64,000 nt of DNA, taken from assembly GCF_006345805.1 (NCBI RefSeq), contig NC_042998.1, positions 204,662,001-204,726,000 of the forward strand. The letters are read 5' to 3'. The position numbers and the translations under genes are program-made. The first letter of the stretch is position 1; each line of letters starts with the position of its first letter. Of this stretch, positions 25,959 through 37,185 are shown one piece after another. Origin of the DNA: Octopus sinensis (taxonomy: Eukaryota). The notes below the pieces were generated by a model. That model saw only the letters and a program-made list of their open reading frames with translations. It did not search any database and had not been told where the DNA came from.

Positions 25959-26175
25959 TTAAACTCTTTCGAATTTAAACTGGCCATATTTGGCCCATAT
26001 ATTCTACCTGTTTTATGTTCGTACTGGCCAGATTCAGCCTCTCACACCTACCCTACAATGTCATTAACAATCACATTTTCAAAATCTTCAAACTACAAGA
26101 TAAAACAGGATTAATTAAAAGCTCGTGATTAAATAAGCATTATATTTGACAGTAATCTGAGTGTTAAAGGGTTAA
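25959..26175. mobile_element. piggyBac-type MITE, family B (related copies at about 34812-34982, 41662-41868, 42790-42900)
   Basis: TTAA...tgttaaaggg-TTAA ends; shared internal ctctcacacctaccctacaatgtcatt. Confidence 0.7.
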
Positions 26176-26375
26176 AAAAATTCATATCTGATTATTATTG
26201 CAAACTGTGCCAACTCGAAGTGTGTGTTGCCTGTCGACTCTTGCGACTCCAGCACAAACTCCCTCTTTTGCTCCCTTTATAATTCTGTTTTGTTTTCTTC
26301 TCTGTCTTTTTCTCCTCTCTCTCTCTCTCTCTCCCTCTCAGTATTTTCTCATACTCATCTTTTAATCTATTTCAG

Positions 26376-26405
26376 AATATGGACCAGCTCCCCTTGGTGG
26401 CCAAG
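26376..26405 (+). CDS. LITAF: LITAF gene microexon 1 (30 nt, phase 1-1): (E)YGPAPLGGQ
   Basis: Long pyrimidine tract ending tttaatctatttcag|AATATGGACCAGCTCCCCTTGGTGGCCAAG|gtaact; frame-preserving and compositionally matched to the flanking exons. Confidence 0.8.
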
Positions 26406-26559
26406 GTAACTATTATCTCAACAATTTCCTTTTAGATTCCTACGCAACAGTTTAACCATGAATGACAGGTCCAATATCCAAACCCTGTCTCTGTCTCTCT
26501 CGACTCGGATGGAATTCTGGGATATAAAACCTTCAGTGATCCACTCAAGTGAATTTTGT

Positions 26560-26940
26560 CCAAACTTACATTTTCATCCACGGCATGTAAAAACCACCAA
26601 CTGATCGTGGTCGTTGCCAGCCTCCCCTGGCACCTGTGCCGGTGGCACATAAAAAGCACCATCCATACGTGGTCGATGCCAGTGCCACCTTGACTGGCTT
26701 CCGTGCCAGTGGCATGTAAAAAGCACCAACCAATCGTGGCCGTTGCCAGCCTCCCCTGGCACCTGTGCCGGTGGCACATAAAAAGCACCCATTATACTCA
26801 CAGAGTGGTTGGCATTAGGAAAGGCATCCAGTTGTAGAAGCTCTGCCAGATCAGACTGGAGCCTGGCGCAGCTTCCTGGCTTCCCAGACTCCGGTCAAAC
26901 CGTCCAACCCATGCTAGCATGGAAAACGGACGTTAAACTT
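26560..26940 (+). mobile_element. RTE-tail element with about 60-bp subrepeats
   Basis: gtgccggtggcacataaaaagcacc units; ends ggacgttaaac. Confidence 0.85.
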
Positions 26941-27699
26941 AATAGGGCTCAGCCATCTTGTTTCCATGTTGTATAAGTGACCGTGGTCACAACATTCCCT
27001 TCACAAGGGTCCTTATTTACAGCTGAATGGACTGAAGCAGTGTGTATTGGAGTAGTTTGCTTCAGAACAAACTGCACTGCTTGATCCAGGAATTGAGAGA
27101 AAACCTTTATTCCAGGTTTTGTTGAGTTTAGTTTAGTTGTATCAATTTATATTCATCCTGCTGTTGTTTAACTGTAGGTCAGTCCAGATCAAGGAAACCT
27201 ATAATGAAAGACATTCCAGCCATGAGCATCCTGTCTTTTTAGCATTGTGTAAGGATGTATGTATTCTTTCCTTGTTTAAGACAATAAGGTGTGATTTTAA
27301 GAATTTGCTGCTATTTCTAGCAGTTCCAGAGACTATATAGAGACTCTCTTTGTTTGTATTACTTTCGTTCATGATGGAGACAAATCTATCACTGATGAAT
27401 CTATTTTAAGTATCTAAGATGGATATGGATTGACTTGAGGCTGGATGGCCATCTGTGAAGCATTGAAATCAAAGCTATTTGTATATTAATCAAATGGCCT
27501 TTGTTATGATAAAATCGTTTCCCTTTTTGCTTTTTTTCAGATTTAATTTATCTAAAACTCTTTCTTTTTTTTTTTAGGTAAACTGGAACTTTTATTTCTT
27601 CAAGCTTTCAGCTTCATCACCATCACTGCCATCTTCATCTTCCTCATCATCACCACCACCTCCACCATCACCACTACCTACAATGTTTCTACTTGTTGT

Positions 27700-27940
27700 T
27701 GTTGCTGTTGTATACAATTCTGATTTCAGATTGTGGGACAAGGCCAGAAAGTTTGGAGAAGAAGCTAATCAATTACATTGACCCCAGTGTATTACTGGTA
27801 CTTATTTTATTGACCCTGAAAGGATGAAAGGCGAAGTCCACCACGGCAGAATTTGAATGCAGTGTGCAAAGACAAACAGACAGACAGACGAAATTCCGCT
27901 CGGCATTTTGCCTACTGTGCTAACAATTCTTCCAGCTGGA
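27700..27940 (-). mobile_element. Meta-like tRNA SINE
   Basis: ttgaccctgaaaggatgaaaggcgaagtccacc...gaaattccgctcggcatttt. Confidence 0.65.
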
Positions 27941-28374
27941 CTCTATTACAAAATATTGACCAAACTAGGAATTGTTGTTGTTCCACCAATGACCTCTCCC
28001 CACCCGACACTCTGACATTTCTTGTAATCTGTTTCCAATACTACATCACCCACCTTTTCACAGTCCTGTCTGTTGCAGATATTCTGATGAAAACTTCCTT
28101 CTTCCTCACTTCCCCACCACCACCACCACCACCCAGTCTTGGGTTGTGGTCTGGGTTGAGGCTCCGTGAAAAGCCACAGGCGCTGCCCTTTCAGCATCCT
28201 CATTTAACATCCACTTTTCAATGCTTATCTTGGGTCTGGTGGAAGCAAACGTTCCTCAGCCGGATGGGCGCCCTTCCTGTCACCCACCCTCCACTCTTCC
28301 AAGCTTGAACTTGTTTTCCATGGAACACGGAAAACGATATTTATTGATAACTATCCCACGCTGTTTAGGCAAGG

Positions 28375-28755
28375 ATATTTGTTTCAGCCACGGCCATGCT
28401 GGGGCACCACCTTGAAGAGGTTTTACTCAAATGAATCAACCCCAGGACTTATTTTAAGCCTAGTACTTATTCTATCAGTCTTTTGGGTTGAATCGCTAAG
28501 TTATGGGGATGTAAACACACCAACACCGGTTGTCAAGCAGTGGGGGTGGGGTGGACAAACACAGACAAGAACACACATGCATATACATATAGATGATGAT
28601 GGGCTTCTTTCAGTTTCTATCTACCAAATCCACTTACAAGCCTTTGGTTGGCCCGAGGCTATAGTAAAAGACACTTGCCCATGGTGCCGTGCTGTGGGAC
28701 TGAACCTGGAACCATGTGGTTGGGAAGCAAGCTTCTTACCACACAGCCACATGGT
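28375..28755 (-). mobile_element. tRNA/CORE-like SINE, near full length
   Basis: gtttcagccacggccatgctggggcacc...gacacttgccc...gggactgaacc...cttaccacacagccac. Confidence 0.85.
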
Positions 28756-28949
28756 TTGAGGGGAAACTGAAAAAACAAGTTTCCAAGAATTTCAAATGAC
28801 TTTTTCTTCTATACAGATTAGCAGTCGTTGTTTTGTGTAGAACGGTAGAAGCAGCTAGCAGTTATTTGCAATTAACAGCTAATTACAATTAACTATAATT
28901 CATGTAACCTCGTTTGTCATCAATTCATTAATCAGGGGTCAGAATTAAT

Positions 28950-29577
28950 ATGGTACATTCATGGGATGGATGAGGAGAGCTGTGTGAAGAAGTGTCACAC
29001 CCTAACAGTGGAAGGAATCCATGGAAGAGGGAGACCCAGGAAGACATGGAATGAGGTGGTGAAGCATGACCTTCGAACACTGGGCCTTACAGAAGCAATG
29101 ATAAGAGACTGAGACCTTTGGAGATATGCAGTGATTGGGAAGACCTGGCAGGCCAAGTGAGATCACAGCCATAGCCTATACCAGTGTTGCATAACCAGAC
29201 CATTTAAAAAGTACCCTTGAATCATCAGGCGATATGCTGTGCTTGAGAAGACCTACTGAGTCAAATTAAAATCAAAAATCAAAATCAAATTAAAATTGAA
29301 ATCAGGAATGGAAAATGTAGTTGTGACCGATGCTAGTGCCACCTGACTGGCACCTGTGCTGGTGGCACATAATAAACACCATTCAAGTGTGGGTTGATGC
29401 CAGTGCAGCCTGATTGGCCCTCATACTGGTGGCACGTAAAAAGCACTCACTACACTCTTGGAGTAGTTGGTGTTAGGAAGGGTATCCAGCTGTAGAAATA
29501 TTGCCAGATCGAATAAGAGAGCCTGGTGCAACCCATGCCAGCATGGAAAGCGGACGTTAAACAATGATGATGATGAT
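28950..29577 (+). mobile_element. RTE LINE 3' fragment (ORF C-terminus, 3'UTR, GAT tail)
   Basis: ggatgaggagagctgtgtgaagaagtg...ggaagagggagacccaggaagacatggaatgaggtggtgaagcatgacctt (GRGRPRKTWNEVVKHDL). Confidence 0.85.
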
Positions 29578-29578
29578 T

Positions 29579-29841
29579 GCCTTTACAAAGTGCATGGAAA
29601 CTAATTCATTTATCCTTGTTGTCCTTTTGTTTTATATCGCACATTCGGATGGTATACCTTTGCCGATGATGTACCTCCACTCAACTACCAAACTCTCAAT
29701 TCCGACGACTCAACAGAACTCGACGTCTAGTCTACCAACAGCTCCAGCTTGCTCTACTTGATGCTTCTCGTCTAGCTATCACGTCCACTATTTATACGTA
29801 TTGGACTAGCCTACTTATCATCTGGGGGTGTCCACACAACA
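29579..29841. mobile_element. Possible solo LTR
   Basis: CpG-enriched unique block with TG...CA ends (ends ccacacaaca) and a TATA-like gtataaatag on the minus strand; no TSD found. Confidence 0.3.
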
Positions 29842-30505
29842 TTTTGGAACCAAACTTCCAAGATAAACAAGGACAGATGTATAATCAGAGTTTGTTGAAT
29901 GTCAGAGATTAATTAGGTTCATCAATTAGACATATTAATATTCTGTATGCTCTCTCTCTCTTTCTCTCTCTCTCCTTTCATCTTGCAAGGTATGTGGTGA
30001 CCCTGTCAGTGATGGTGCCAGATAAAATGCACCCAGTCCACTCTGTAAAGTGGTTGGCATTATAAGGGCCTCCACCTGTGGAAACCAAAAGAGACTAATT
30101 CTCTCTGATACAGCTCTCCAGCCTTGCCAGCCCCTGTCAAACCATCCAACCCATGCCAGCATGGAAAACAGATATTAAATGAGGATTATGATGATGTCAC
30201 TGCAAACCCTCCTTAATTTTCCATAGATTCTAGATTTTATCCTGTAATATATGATCTGCATAATCAAAACCAATTTAATTACAGTTAATTACTCTTACAC
30301 GTTTAACTTAATGGAATATTTTCTTGTATTCAGATGAAGACCAAAATATATTTATTTTATTTAATTTCTCAGTATCATTTTGGTTTATGATAACATTGTT
30401 TTTTTTTTTTCTTTCCCAATGAAGTCTTTCCAAATTCTTCAAACCCTTTGTTCTCATCTAAATACCCTAATTAAGCCTGCTTTTCTTCTAATTCCTGTCT
30501 TTCAG

Positions 30506-30538
30506 CTTGGATTCCTCCTCCTCCACCTCCTCCTCATG
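30506..30538 (+). CDS. LITAF: LITAF gene microexon 2 (33 nt, phase 1-1): (A)WIPPPPPPPH
   Basis: ttttcttctaattcctgtctttcag|CTTGGATTCCTCCTCCTCCACCTCCTCCTCATG|gtaagt; strong acceptor and donor, frame-preserving. Confidence 0.75.
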
Positions 30539-31149
30539 GTAAGTTATTATTCCTCCTCGTCCTCCTCCTCCTCTTCCACTCATGTGGCACACTAACCTAA
30601 CCCTAATCATGTAGAACATTGCACTGTGTTGACTATTTAAGTCTAAGACCTAGTCTTCATCAAAAGTCATTAGTCAGTGGCCTCATTCACCTAATCCTCA
30701 CTCATTAATCTTGGGTCTTGTCATCAATCAATGCTAATTTTTCTTTTTTTGTTTTCTTTTTTTGTCATTTAAATATCTTACATTCATTGATACCACCTGA
30801 AACCATTGGTTGTACAAAATGGTTGGCTCTCAGCTGCCGTCTCTCCAACTTTCACTGTTTACTGAAAGCAACAACAGACATTGTTTTCAGGAATATGAAA
30901 AAAATAAATTCAAAAACTTTATAACTTTATTCCCATGGACAGAAATTGGTGCAGAAGTTTTTAAACATTGACTGCCTTCCATTCAATATTCACTGCTGGC
31001 TAGCAACAGTTTACTGTAAGCTGTTTCATATTCATTGATAACTGTTTAACATTCACTGCTGAATGTTGATATTCCCCATTGGCTGATAAATCTTCTCTGC
31101 AGTCTATTTGATATTCACTGTCAGTGTGAAAATATTTACTACTGAATAT

Positions 31150-31379
31150 TTAACCCTTTCGTTACTGTATCTATTTTGAGATGTTCTGTGTTTCTTTCAA
31201 TCATTTTAAAATATAACCAAGAATTTAGTAAAATAACTTGGTTATCATTGAAGCTAGTGTTAGGAACGTAAATTGTGACTAAGGTTTGGTGGAAGATTTT
31301 AATTCAAAACTTATGAAAACAAGACTTTGTACTACAGAGCCAGAGCTGGTTTTGGCCGGGTTGGTAATGAAAGGGTTAA
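31150..31379. mobile_element. piggyBac-type MITE, family A
   Basis: TTAA|ccctttcgttac ... gtaatgaaaggg|TTAA (11/12 TIR match); decayed copy at about 32460-32655. Confidence 0.85.
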
Positions 31380-32751
31380 CTAAATATGTAAATGCTAACA
31401 AAATGGTATAACCTTATGTGGACCTTAATACAGGACTTTTCAAACTGTGCTCTGAAAATGAAATAATTATTTTTAAAAAATACACAAATTTTACATATTG
31501 TTTTCATAATTATACTTTGGGTAAAAATATTTTTTGATTTACTAATGTTTAAAATCATTTATTAGTTAAAATAGATAAATCACCCCCTCCCCCACACCTT
31601 TTTTTAGTATATTACCAAAAACCTGTACAAGTGCCTGACTTTTTTTTTCACAAAGTGCTCTAAAATACTTTTTCTGTTTGCTCTAAAGTTTGGGATCAAC
31701 TGCACTAACATGACACAGTGTTCTTACAACATGTAGTTATAACATGTAGTAACAACATGATGCAATTACATGATGTAAAACGAAGAAGAAAGTCCATATT
31801 GTTTCAATCTACTTGGAAGCCACATGTTAAGAGATTTTCTCTCTTCAAAGAGCTGTGTATGGTGTGCATGCGTTTGTGTGTGTGTGTGTGTGCTTGCATG
31901 CGTCCCTGTGTGTGTGTGTGTGTGTGTGTACATTTTACATTGGCTTCAATGTGGAACAAGAGGATTTCTTTATCCAAATTTTGTTTTTTTTTCAGATTGT
32001 TTTCTTCATAATATTTTTGCTTCTCTTATATATAGAAATGGTTTCAGTGGAGAATCTGGTCACTGAGTCTGCTAGAAACAGTAGCCAAATCTTCACAATA
32101 TTCTAACAACTTTAAAACAAATTTAGGAAAGAAAATACTTATTGGAAGATTTGGAAAAAGTAAAAAATGGAATGGTCATGGATGGGACGTCTGTGATCAT
32201 GGCAAATGTTCACATGTTACATTCCATTATACTAAGTTCGTTAATAGTCAAGGTACCGTTGCCCTCCATCAGAACAACTCTGAGTACCTCAGCCAGTGTC
32301 CAACAAACTCCTCTAGTTTTTCTGCTACCTCTTTAGTCGACCCAATATGACACACAATCTCATTTCTCTATCTTCTGAAAATTTGAGACCTTAGATGAAG
32401 AGGAGACCGAGATATTTCCACTGCTACCATTAATCATAATTTTGGAACTGTTTGATCAGAACCCTTTTCTTACCATATTTCTGTAGAAAAGCATTGCTTC
32501 CTTTGTTTCAATTCATTTTGAAAATAATAAAGAACTTACTAAAATAAATTTGTCATTATTAAATGAACATTTAGAATTTTAACATTAAATTTTCATGGAA
32601 GGTTTTGATTTAAAACAGCAAACATGATCTTGGGCATATTGGTATCAAACGAGTTAATCTGTTGACACCCTTGCATGAATTTGCATATTAATCATTTTGC
32701 TTTTAGTCTCAATGAAACTAATGAAATTTTAACAAATTTGTTACCCAACAG

Positions 32752-32769
32752 CCTGGGCCCCTCCTCCAG
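32752..32769 (+). CDS. LITAF: LITAF gene microexon 3 (18 nt, phase 1-1): (A)WAPPP
   Basis: ttgttacccaacag|CCTGGGCCCCTCCTCCAG|gtaagt; perfect donor, weaker pyrimidine tract, GC-rich island in AT-rich intron, frame-preserving. Confidence 0.72.
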
Positions 32770-33013
32770 GTAAGTCCTCACTGCATGCCACGGATTTCAT
32801 TGCAGATTCGTTTTATCACCCTGTGGTTGTTTCCTCCGTATATAAATTGTATTGGTTATTGATCACATTGCATGTTCCTCTGGTGAACATTAAATAATGC
32901 TCCATCTATTGTTTGTCACTTCTCCTTATTTTAATCATCTCATGTTGTGAAACCGTCAAGGATACAACAAAAGAATATTTTAATCCCTGCATCTTCATTG
33001 ATTCATGCCTTAC

Positions 33014-33060
<47 letters not shown>

Positions 33061-33842
33061 TACTGAACAGTGAGAATGAGTGCTCAATACAGCATTAGTG
33101 GATAAATATTATTTATTTATGGGGTATCAAGGCTACCAATAGTTTCATGTGAACAAATCTTCACAATTGTTTGAGCATGCTACATGGAAGTGTTGGTACT
33201 CCTCCCCATTTTGGATTCCCATCCAAAATAAAGATGAGTACCAACACTTCCATGTGGTACGCTTGAACCGTTATGAGGATTTCTTCACATGAAAGCCTCA
33301 GTAGCCTTATTAATCCCCAAATTAAGAATATTTCTCCATCAATGTGGTGTTGAGCACTCATTCTCACTGTGCAGTGTGTGTGTGTGTGTTCTATTTCCAC
33401 TTCTTTAGTTGATTGTAGGTTTAGGCTGTTTGTGCACTTGAAGAGCGAATTGCCGAAATGAGATGCGACATCCCAAAATATTTGCTTTTCTCTGGCAACT
33501 TCTATTCTACCTCACACATAAAAGAGAATGAATTGTAAAATCTGTGTCAACATGGAATTGGTTCACTCCTGGTTGTCATTGTTTTCTGTTGATTTTTTTT
33601 TTGTATCAACCCACCTCCACCTGCATCAGTGTTTCCATTGTCCCCCACCCCTCACTTCTCCAGTATGTCACCTGCTGTAGTACCTGTTGTAGTAAAGTGG
33701 TAGTAGTTCCATAAAGAAACAGCTTGGGATAACAAAAAGCTAGAAATCACTTGTCAGTGTTTTCCTTTTACACATTTTGAACCTCTGTTGTTGTTATTGT
33801 TGTTATTATTATTATTATTATTATTATCGTCATTATTATTAT

Positions 33843-34004
33843 GAAAGACTCTGGCATAGTTCTCACTTACCAGATGTTCCTTACTCGAAAGCAGACAACA
33901 ACAAATCACCAAAGGTTTCAAGTAGTGCTTTCCTCTGTGACTCAAAGAGACAATATTCTCCTTAGAATGTGAGCTGTACCCAATAATACTGTCTTCTGGA
34001 TCAC
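33843..34004 (-). mobile_element. 5'-truncated R4/Dong-like (restriction-like endonuclease) non-LTR element in a (TAA)n microsatellite
   Basis: IQKTVLLGTAHILRRILSL* (QKxxLLGTAxILRxxL C-terminal motif), about 100 nt 3'UTR, TAA repeats on both flanks. Confidence 0.75.
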
Positions 34005-35029
34005 TATTATTATTATTATTATTATCATTATTAATGATAATAATAATAAATTGCAGGTTTCAAGCACTGAACGTATCTTTATATTATACAAATGTTTTAT
34101 TTCCTGCTGTTGTGCATTAAACATTATATTTTTATCTCTCTTGATGATTTATCTAATGACATGGTTGTCTCTCACTTTTTAATGTTATTTCAAAACAAAA
34201 AAATTACTTTCTTTCATATAAAGGTTCTGAAAATAACTCTTTCATCAGGGATCTCCAATTCATTTTCAGAAACAACACAAAATAACAAAGATATTTGAGG
34301 TTTTGTTGGGGTTTTTTTCTTTCTCCAAAGTCTTCAAAGAAGAAAACCATCTTTTTTGGTTCCGTAGTCTTTTAGATTTAACACTTTCTAACTGCATTTC
34401 AATCTTAGAAAAAATCTGTTGTCTTGAAGAGTTGAAAGCTCATTTAAGCATATTAACGAGTTAAAATGTTGATTAGTTAATTAGTCAAGATTTAGATTAA
34501 TCAATAACTGTACAGTATGATCAATATTATATTGTAGTTTCTCTAAAAATGGTAAACTGGCAGAACTAGGAACTCAGCAGAATGTTTGATGGTTCTTTAC
34601 ATTGTGAGTTCAGTTCTGCTGAGGCTCACTTTGCCTTTCATCCTTTCAGGGTCAATAAGTATGAATTGGTTGCTGGGGATGGGTGGGGGTCAGTGTAATC
34701 GACTTATCCCCCACTCTGCCCCTAAATTGCTGGCCTTGTACCAAAAGGTGAAACCATTTTTATAGTTTCATTCAGTAAATAATGTTTATTGGATATAATC
34801 AGGGATTTCTTTAACCCTTTGGCATTCAGACTATTTTGTCAAGTGTGATCCTTATTAATTCCAGTTGTTTTGAATTAATTGTGTATTATCTGGTACCTTT
34901 GAGATTTCAATGATATAATTGTTGATTTTTAGAAAGACATTGTGGGGTAGGTGTGAGAGGACAGATCTGGCCAGTTTGAATGCTTTAGGTTTTTTAAAAA
35001 ATAGATAAAACAAATAAAAGCAAGGCTGT

Positions 35030-35258
35030 GTTGTTAAGAAGCTTACTTTGGAACCACATGGCTTCAGGTTCAATCCCACTGCACAGCACTTTGGTAAGTG
35101 TCTTCTTCTGTAACCCTGGGCCAACCAATTCCTTCTGAGTGGATATAGTTGATGGAAATCACTTGTATGTGTGTGTGTGTGTTTGTCTTCCACCACCACC
35201 ACCACTTGACAACTGCTGTTGGTTTGAATATGTCCTCATAACTTAGCAGTTCAGCAAA
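35030..35258 (-). mobile_element. tRNA/CORE-like SINE fragment
   Basis: ggaaccacatggcttcaggttcaatcccactgcacagcactttggtaagtgtcttc...; this copy reads in the same sense as the 62857 copy, so the strand call is uncertain. Confidence 0.55.
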
Positions 35259-35369
35259 ATCCTGAAGGAGCATTTTCTAAACTTCCGTATTAGAGAAGAT
35301 TTTAATGCATGAATTGGTGGCTACTGTCAGCTTCCAAAAGTACCATCTTTGAAATCACAAGCTAAAACT

Positions 35370-35565
35370 CTCTATTGTGCCAGTCTAATATTTAGGGGTC
35401 ATCAACTCTTCAACTGTTTTCCTAAAGAAATCAGAAAAAATAAAAAACACTTACTGTAACATTAAAAAATAACGTTGGATAAACTCCTAATGATGCTACC
35501 AGACCAGCCAAGCATTCAAGGATACACTCGGGGAAGATCAGCTGCAACAACACTCAATTATAGGC
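35370..35565 (+). mobile_element. Non-LTR retrotransposon ORF C-terminal fragment (clade undetermined)
   Basis: SLIFRGHQLFNCFPKEIR ... LDKLLMMLPDQPSIQGYTRE matches the RGxxLFNxLPxxIR...LDKFL..IPDQP...GY pattern. Confidence 0.6.
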
Positions 35566-37158
35566 CAACTTCCAGCCATAAAGTGACAACAAACTGATAG
35601 AAGAATAAAGGCAGTGCTCCAGCATGGTCATAGTCTTACAACTGATGTGGTTGGGAAGCAAACTTCTTACCACACTGCTGCCCAGATGCTGTATAACTCC
35701 TTGAGAATGGTTAAAAGAGCAGAAAGGAAGCAGCTGGAAGTGCATGGCCAGGACACAGAATGGAACCCGTAACAGCTCCTGCAACCCTTCATCTTTGTTT
35801 CTGTGGAATTCAATTAGTAAACTGCTTAATCTTCTTATTCATCATCATCATCATCATTTACATGTACTTCTATTATTCCTGATGTAAAGAATGGTGATAT
35901 TGTTCCTGTTGTTGCTAAGGTCATTCCTGTCTCCTTGTCTTGGCATCAGATGATGGCTGTAAACAAGCATCACTGTCCTACAAGCGTTAAAACTTCTCCG
36001 ACCATAGGAAGGAAATGTTACCTTCACCTGGATGCAGGTGAGGATTGGTGATAGAAATGGTGTCTGGCCATAGAGAATCTGCCTCAACAAATTCCATCTG
36101 ACCCATGCCAGCATGGAAAAGTGGACGTTAAATGATGATGGTGCACTCATGCCAGTGCCATGAGGGTGGCACTCATGCCGGCACACGTGAGAAGCACTCA
36201 TGCTGGTTCCATGTGAAAAATACCTAGCGCACTCTGTGAAATGGTTGAAGGTGGGCATCCAGCTATAGAAACCATACCAAAACAGATGACTGGAGCCTGG
36301 TATGGGTCCTTTGCCACCACTCCCAGCCGTGCCACCTTCCAACCAAACCATCCAACCCATGCCAGCATGGAAAATGGGTTGAACGATGATCATGAACCAA
36401 CCCACTTCATATGTAAATGTATCGGAATTGGTAAATAGATATAGGAGAGGGGGTCGAAGAAGGGGAAATAAAGAAATGAGAAGAGAAACAGATCAACACT
36501 TGTACATGAGAACCCAAAGGGACCCACAACCAGATGAGGACTGGACCAAAAGACATCAAAACAACGAGTTGAAGATGTGTACACATAAACTGAACTGACT
36601 TAAAAAATAATTTTATTGCAAAAATTCACTTCTCTATTTTATTGTCTTGTTTTATTTTGTGACGGTGATGTTTTGTATTTCTGAGTGCATAGAGTTGGTG
36701 AGGGGACGTGCAGATGTAAGTAGGTCAAGAGAGGTACAGGTATGACACGTATATATCACAGGAATGCAAGTATGATGTATGTATAACGAAAGTACAGATA
36801 TTACATATATATATATATTTAGGAGTACAGATACAATAAACACGAAACAGCTGTTCAGATATGACATCGACATACAGGGATTTGGATACGAGACCAACAA
36901 AGCTGAATGTAAATTTCAATTTAAATTTCTTTTCCTCGTTAAAGAAACTAATCAAAATCTTTCTGATATGAAACCACATTGCCATTCATGAAATTTCTCA
37001 TTGTAAAAAATTTTAATTAATTTTTCTCGTTATCTTTTTCAAATTTCTAAATTGTAGATTGTTATTAACAGATGGCTTTGAATATTCCAAATATTTTTCT
37101 CATAACTGTTGTTGTTGTTGTCTTTAATATTGTTATCAAAACTATTTTATATTTTTAG

Positions 37159-37185
37159 GTTATGGGCCGATGCCAACAGCTCCGG
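37159..37185 (+). CDS. LITAF: LITAF gene microexon 4 (27 nt, phase 1-1): (G)YGPMPTAP, containing a PTAP motif
   Basis: ctattttatatttttag|GTTATGGGCCGATGCCAACAGCTCCGG|gtaagt; frame-preserving. Confidence 0.82.

Noticed and set aside
27612-27690. Possible fifth microexon (ctttcag|cttcatcacc..., Ser/Pro-rich)
   Set aside because: The acceptor resembles microexon 2 but no consensus donor follows; low-complexity CAT/CAC tract.
29564-29761. Small ORF with a signal-peptide-like N-terminus
   Set aside because: It starts in a retroelement ATG-repeat tail and overlaps an LTR-like block; no splice or homology support.
26340-37160. Uniform UGC (SRRM/eMIC-type) enhancer upstream of the microexons
   Set aside because: TGC is near the acceptor only for microexon 2 and distant or absent for the others, so this regulator is not supported by the sequence.
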